Below the pieces are notes generated by a model. The model was given only the letters and a program-made list of their open reading frames with translations, was not told the origin of the DNA and did not search any database. The position numbers and the translations under genes are program-made. Of a DNA stretch of 64,000 nucleotides, positions 62,701 through 64,000 are shown piece by piece (position 1 is the stretch's first letter; the number at the start of each line of letters is the position of its first letter). This DNA comes from Eledone cirrhosa (taxonomy: Eukaryota), in the NCBI GenBank assembly GCA_964016885.1, contig OZ024740.1, positions 33,604,001-33,668,000 of the forward strand. Reading direction: 5' to 3'.

Positions 62701-64000
62701 ATCTTTACTGCTATCTTCCAACTCTCTCTTACCATCAATCATCTTTACTGCTATCTTCCAACTCTCTCTTACCGTCAACCATCTTTACTGCTACCTTCCA
62801 ACTCTCACTTACCATCAACCATCTTTACTGCTATCTTCCAACTCTCTCTTACCATCAACCATCTTTACTGCTATCTTCCAACTCTCTCTTACCATCAACC
62901 ATCTTTACTGCTATCTTCCAACTCTCTCTTACCATCAACCATCTTTACTGCTATCTTCCAACTCTCTCTTACCATCAACCATCTTTACTGCTATCTTCCA
63001 ACTCTCTCTTACCAATAACCCTCTTTACTGCTATCTTCTAACTCTCTCTTACCATCAACCATCTTTACTGCTATCTTCCAACTCTCTCTTACCAATAACC
63101 CTCTTTACTGCTATCTTCTAACTCTCTCTTACCATCAACCATCTTTACTGCTATTTTCCAACTCTCTCTTACCATCAACCATCTTTACTGCTATCTTCCA
63201 ACTCTCTCTTACCATCAACTATCTTTACTGCTATCTTCCAACTCTCTCTTACCATCAACCATCTTTACTGCTACCTTCCAAGTCTCTCTTACCATCAACC
63301 ATCTTTACTGCTATCTTCCAACTCTCTCTTACCATCAACCATCTTTACTGCTATCTTCCAACTCTCTCTTACCATCAACTATCTTTACTGCTATCTTCCA
63401 ACTCTCTCTTACCATCAACCATCTTTACTGCTAACTTCCAACTCTCTCTTACCAATAACAGCTTTACTGCTATCTTCCAACTCTCTCTTACCATCAACCA
63501 TCTTTACTGCTATCTTCCAACTCTCTCTTACCATCAACCATCTTTACTGCTATCTTCCAACTCTCTCTTACCATCAACCATCTTTACTGCTATCTTCCAA
63601 CTCTCTCTTACCATCAACCATCTTTACTGCTATCTTCCAACTCTCTCTTACCATCAACCATCTTTACTGCTATCTTCCAACTCTCTCTTACCATCAATCA
63701 TCTTTACTGCTATCTTCCAACTCTCTCTTACCGTCAACCATCTTTACTGCTACCTTCCAACTCTCACTTACCATCAACCATCTTTACTGCTATCTTCCAA
63801 CTCTCTCTTACCATCAACCATCTTTACTGCTATCTTCCAACTCTCTCTTACCATCAACCATCTTTACTGCTATCTTCCAACTCTCTCTTACCATCAACCA
63901 TCTTTACTGCTATCTTCCAACTCTCTCTTACCATCAATCATCTTTACTGCTATCTTCCAACTCTCTCTTACCGTCAACCATCTTTACTGCTACCTTCCAA
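44701..64000. repeat. 40-bp satellite (ccatcaaccatctttactgctatcttccaactctctctta), ~480 copies, running off the window end
   Basis: Directly visible. It is presumably intronic in the Acl4-like gene, whose start is not in the window. Confidence 0.97.

Overview
Eukaryotic, AT-rich, repeat-dense animal DNA. The RTE, SINE and microsatellite content suggests an octopus or other cephalopod (inference). There are two convergent spliced genes. The first is the last four coding exons of an ABCC10/MRP7-type ABC transporter (+, 15399-17682). The second is eight exons of an Acl4-like TPR protein, the Rpl4 assembly chaperone family (-, 44323 down to 26884; its 5' exons lie beyond the window). The rest is RTE LINEs carrying a PHD-type finger inside the RT, Penelope-like fragments, Tx1 and CR1 fragments, piggyBac deletion derivatives and MITEs, SINEs, an ~11 kb (TA)n tract with a 200-N gap, and a >19 kb 40-bp satellite. 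Highlights: (1) a 42-copy tandem array made of the Acl4-like gene's own 3' splice site plus exon start, containing an AG|GT proto-splice site; (2) a perfect 338-bp palindrome carrying a Penelope-type hammerhead ribozyme on each strand; (3) the PHD-in-RT RTE family, which appears to insert into (TA)n.
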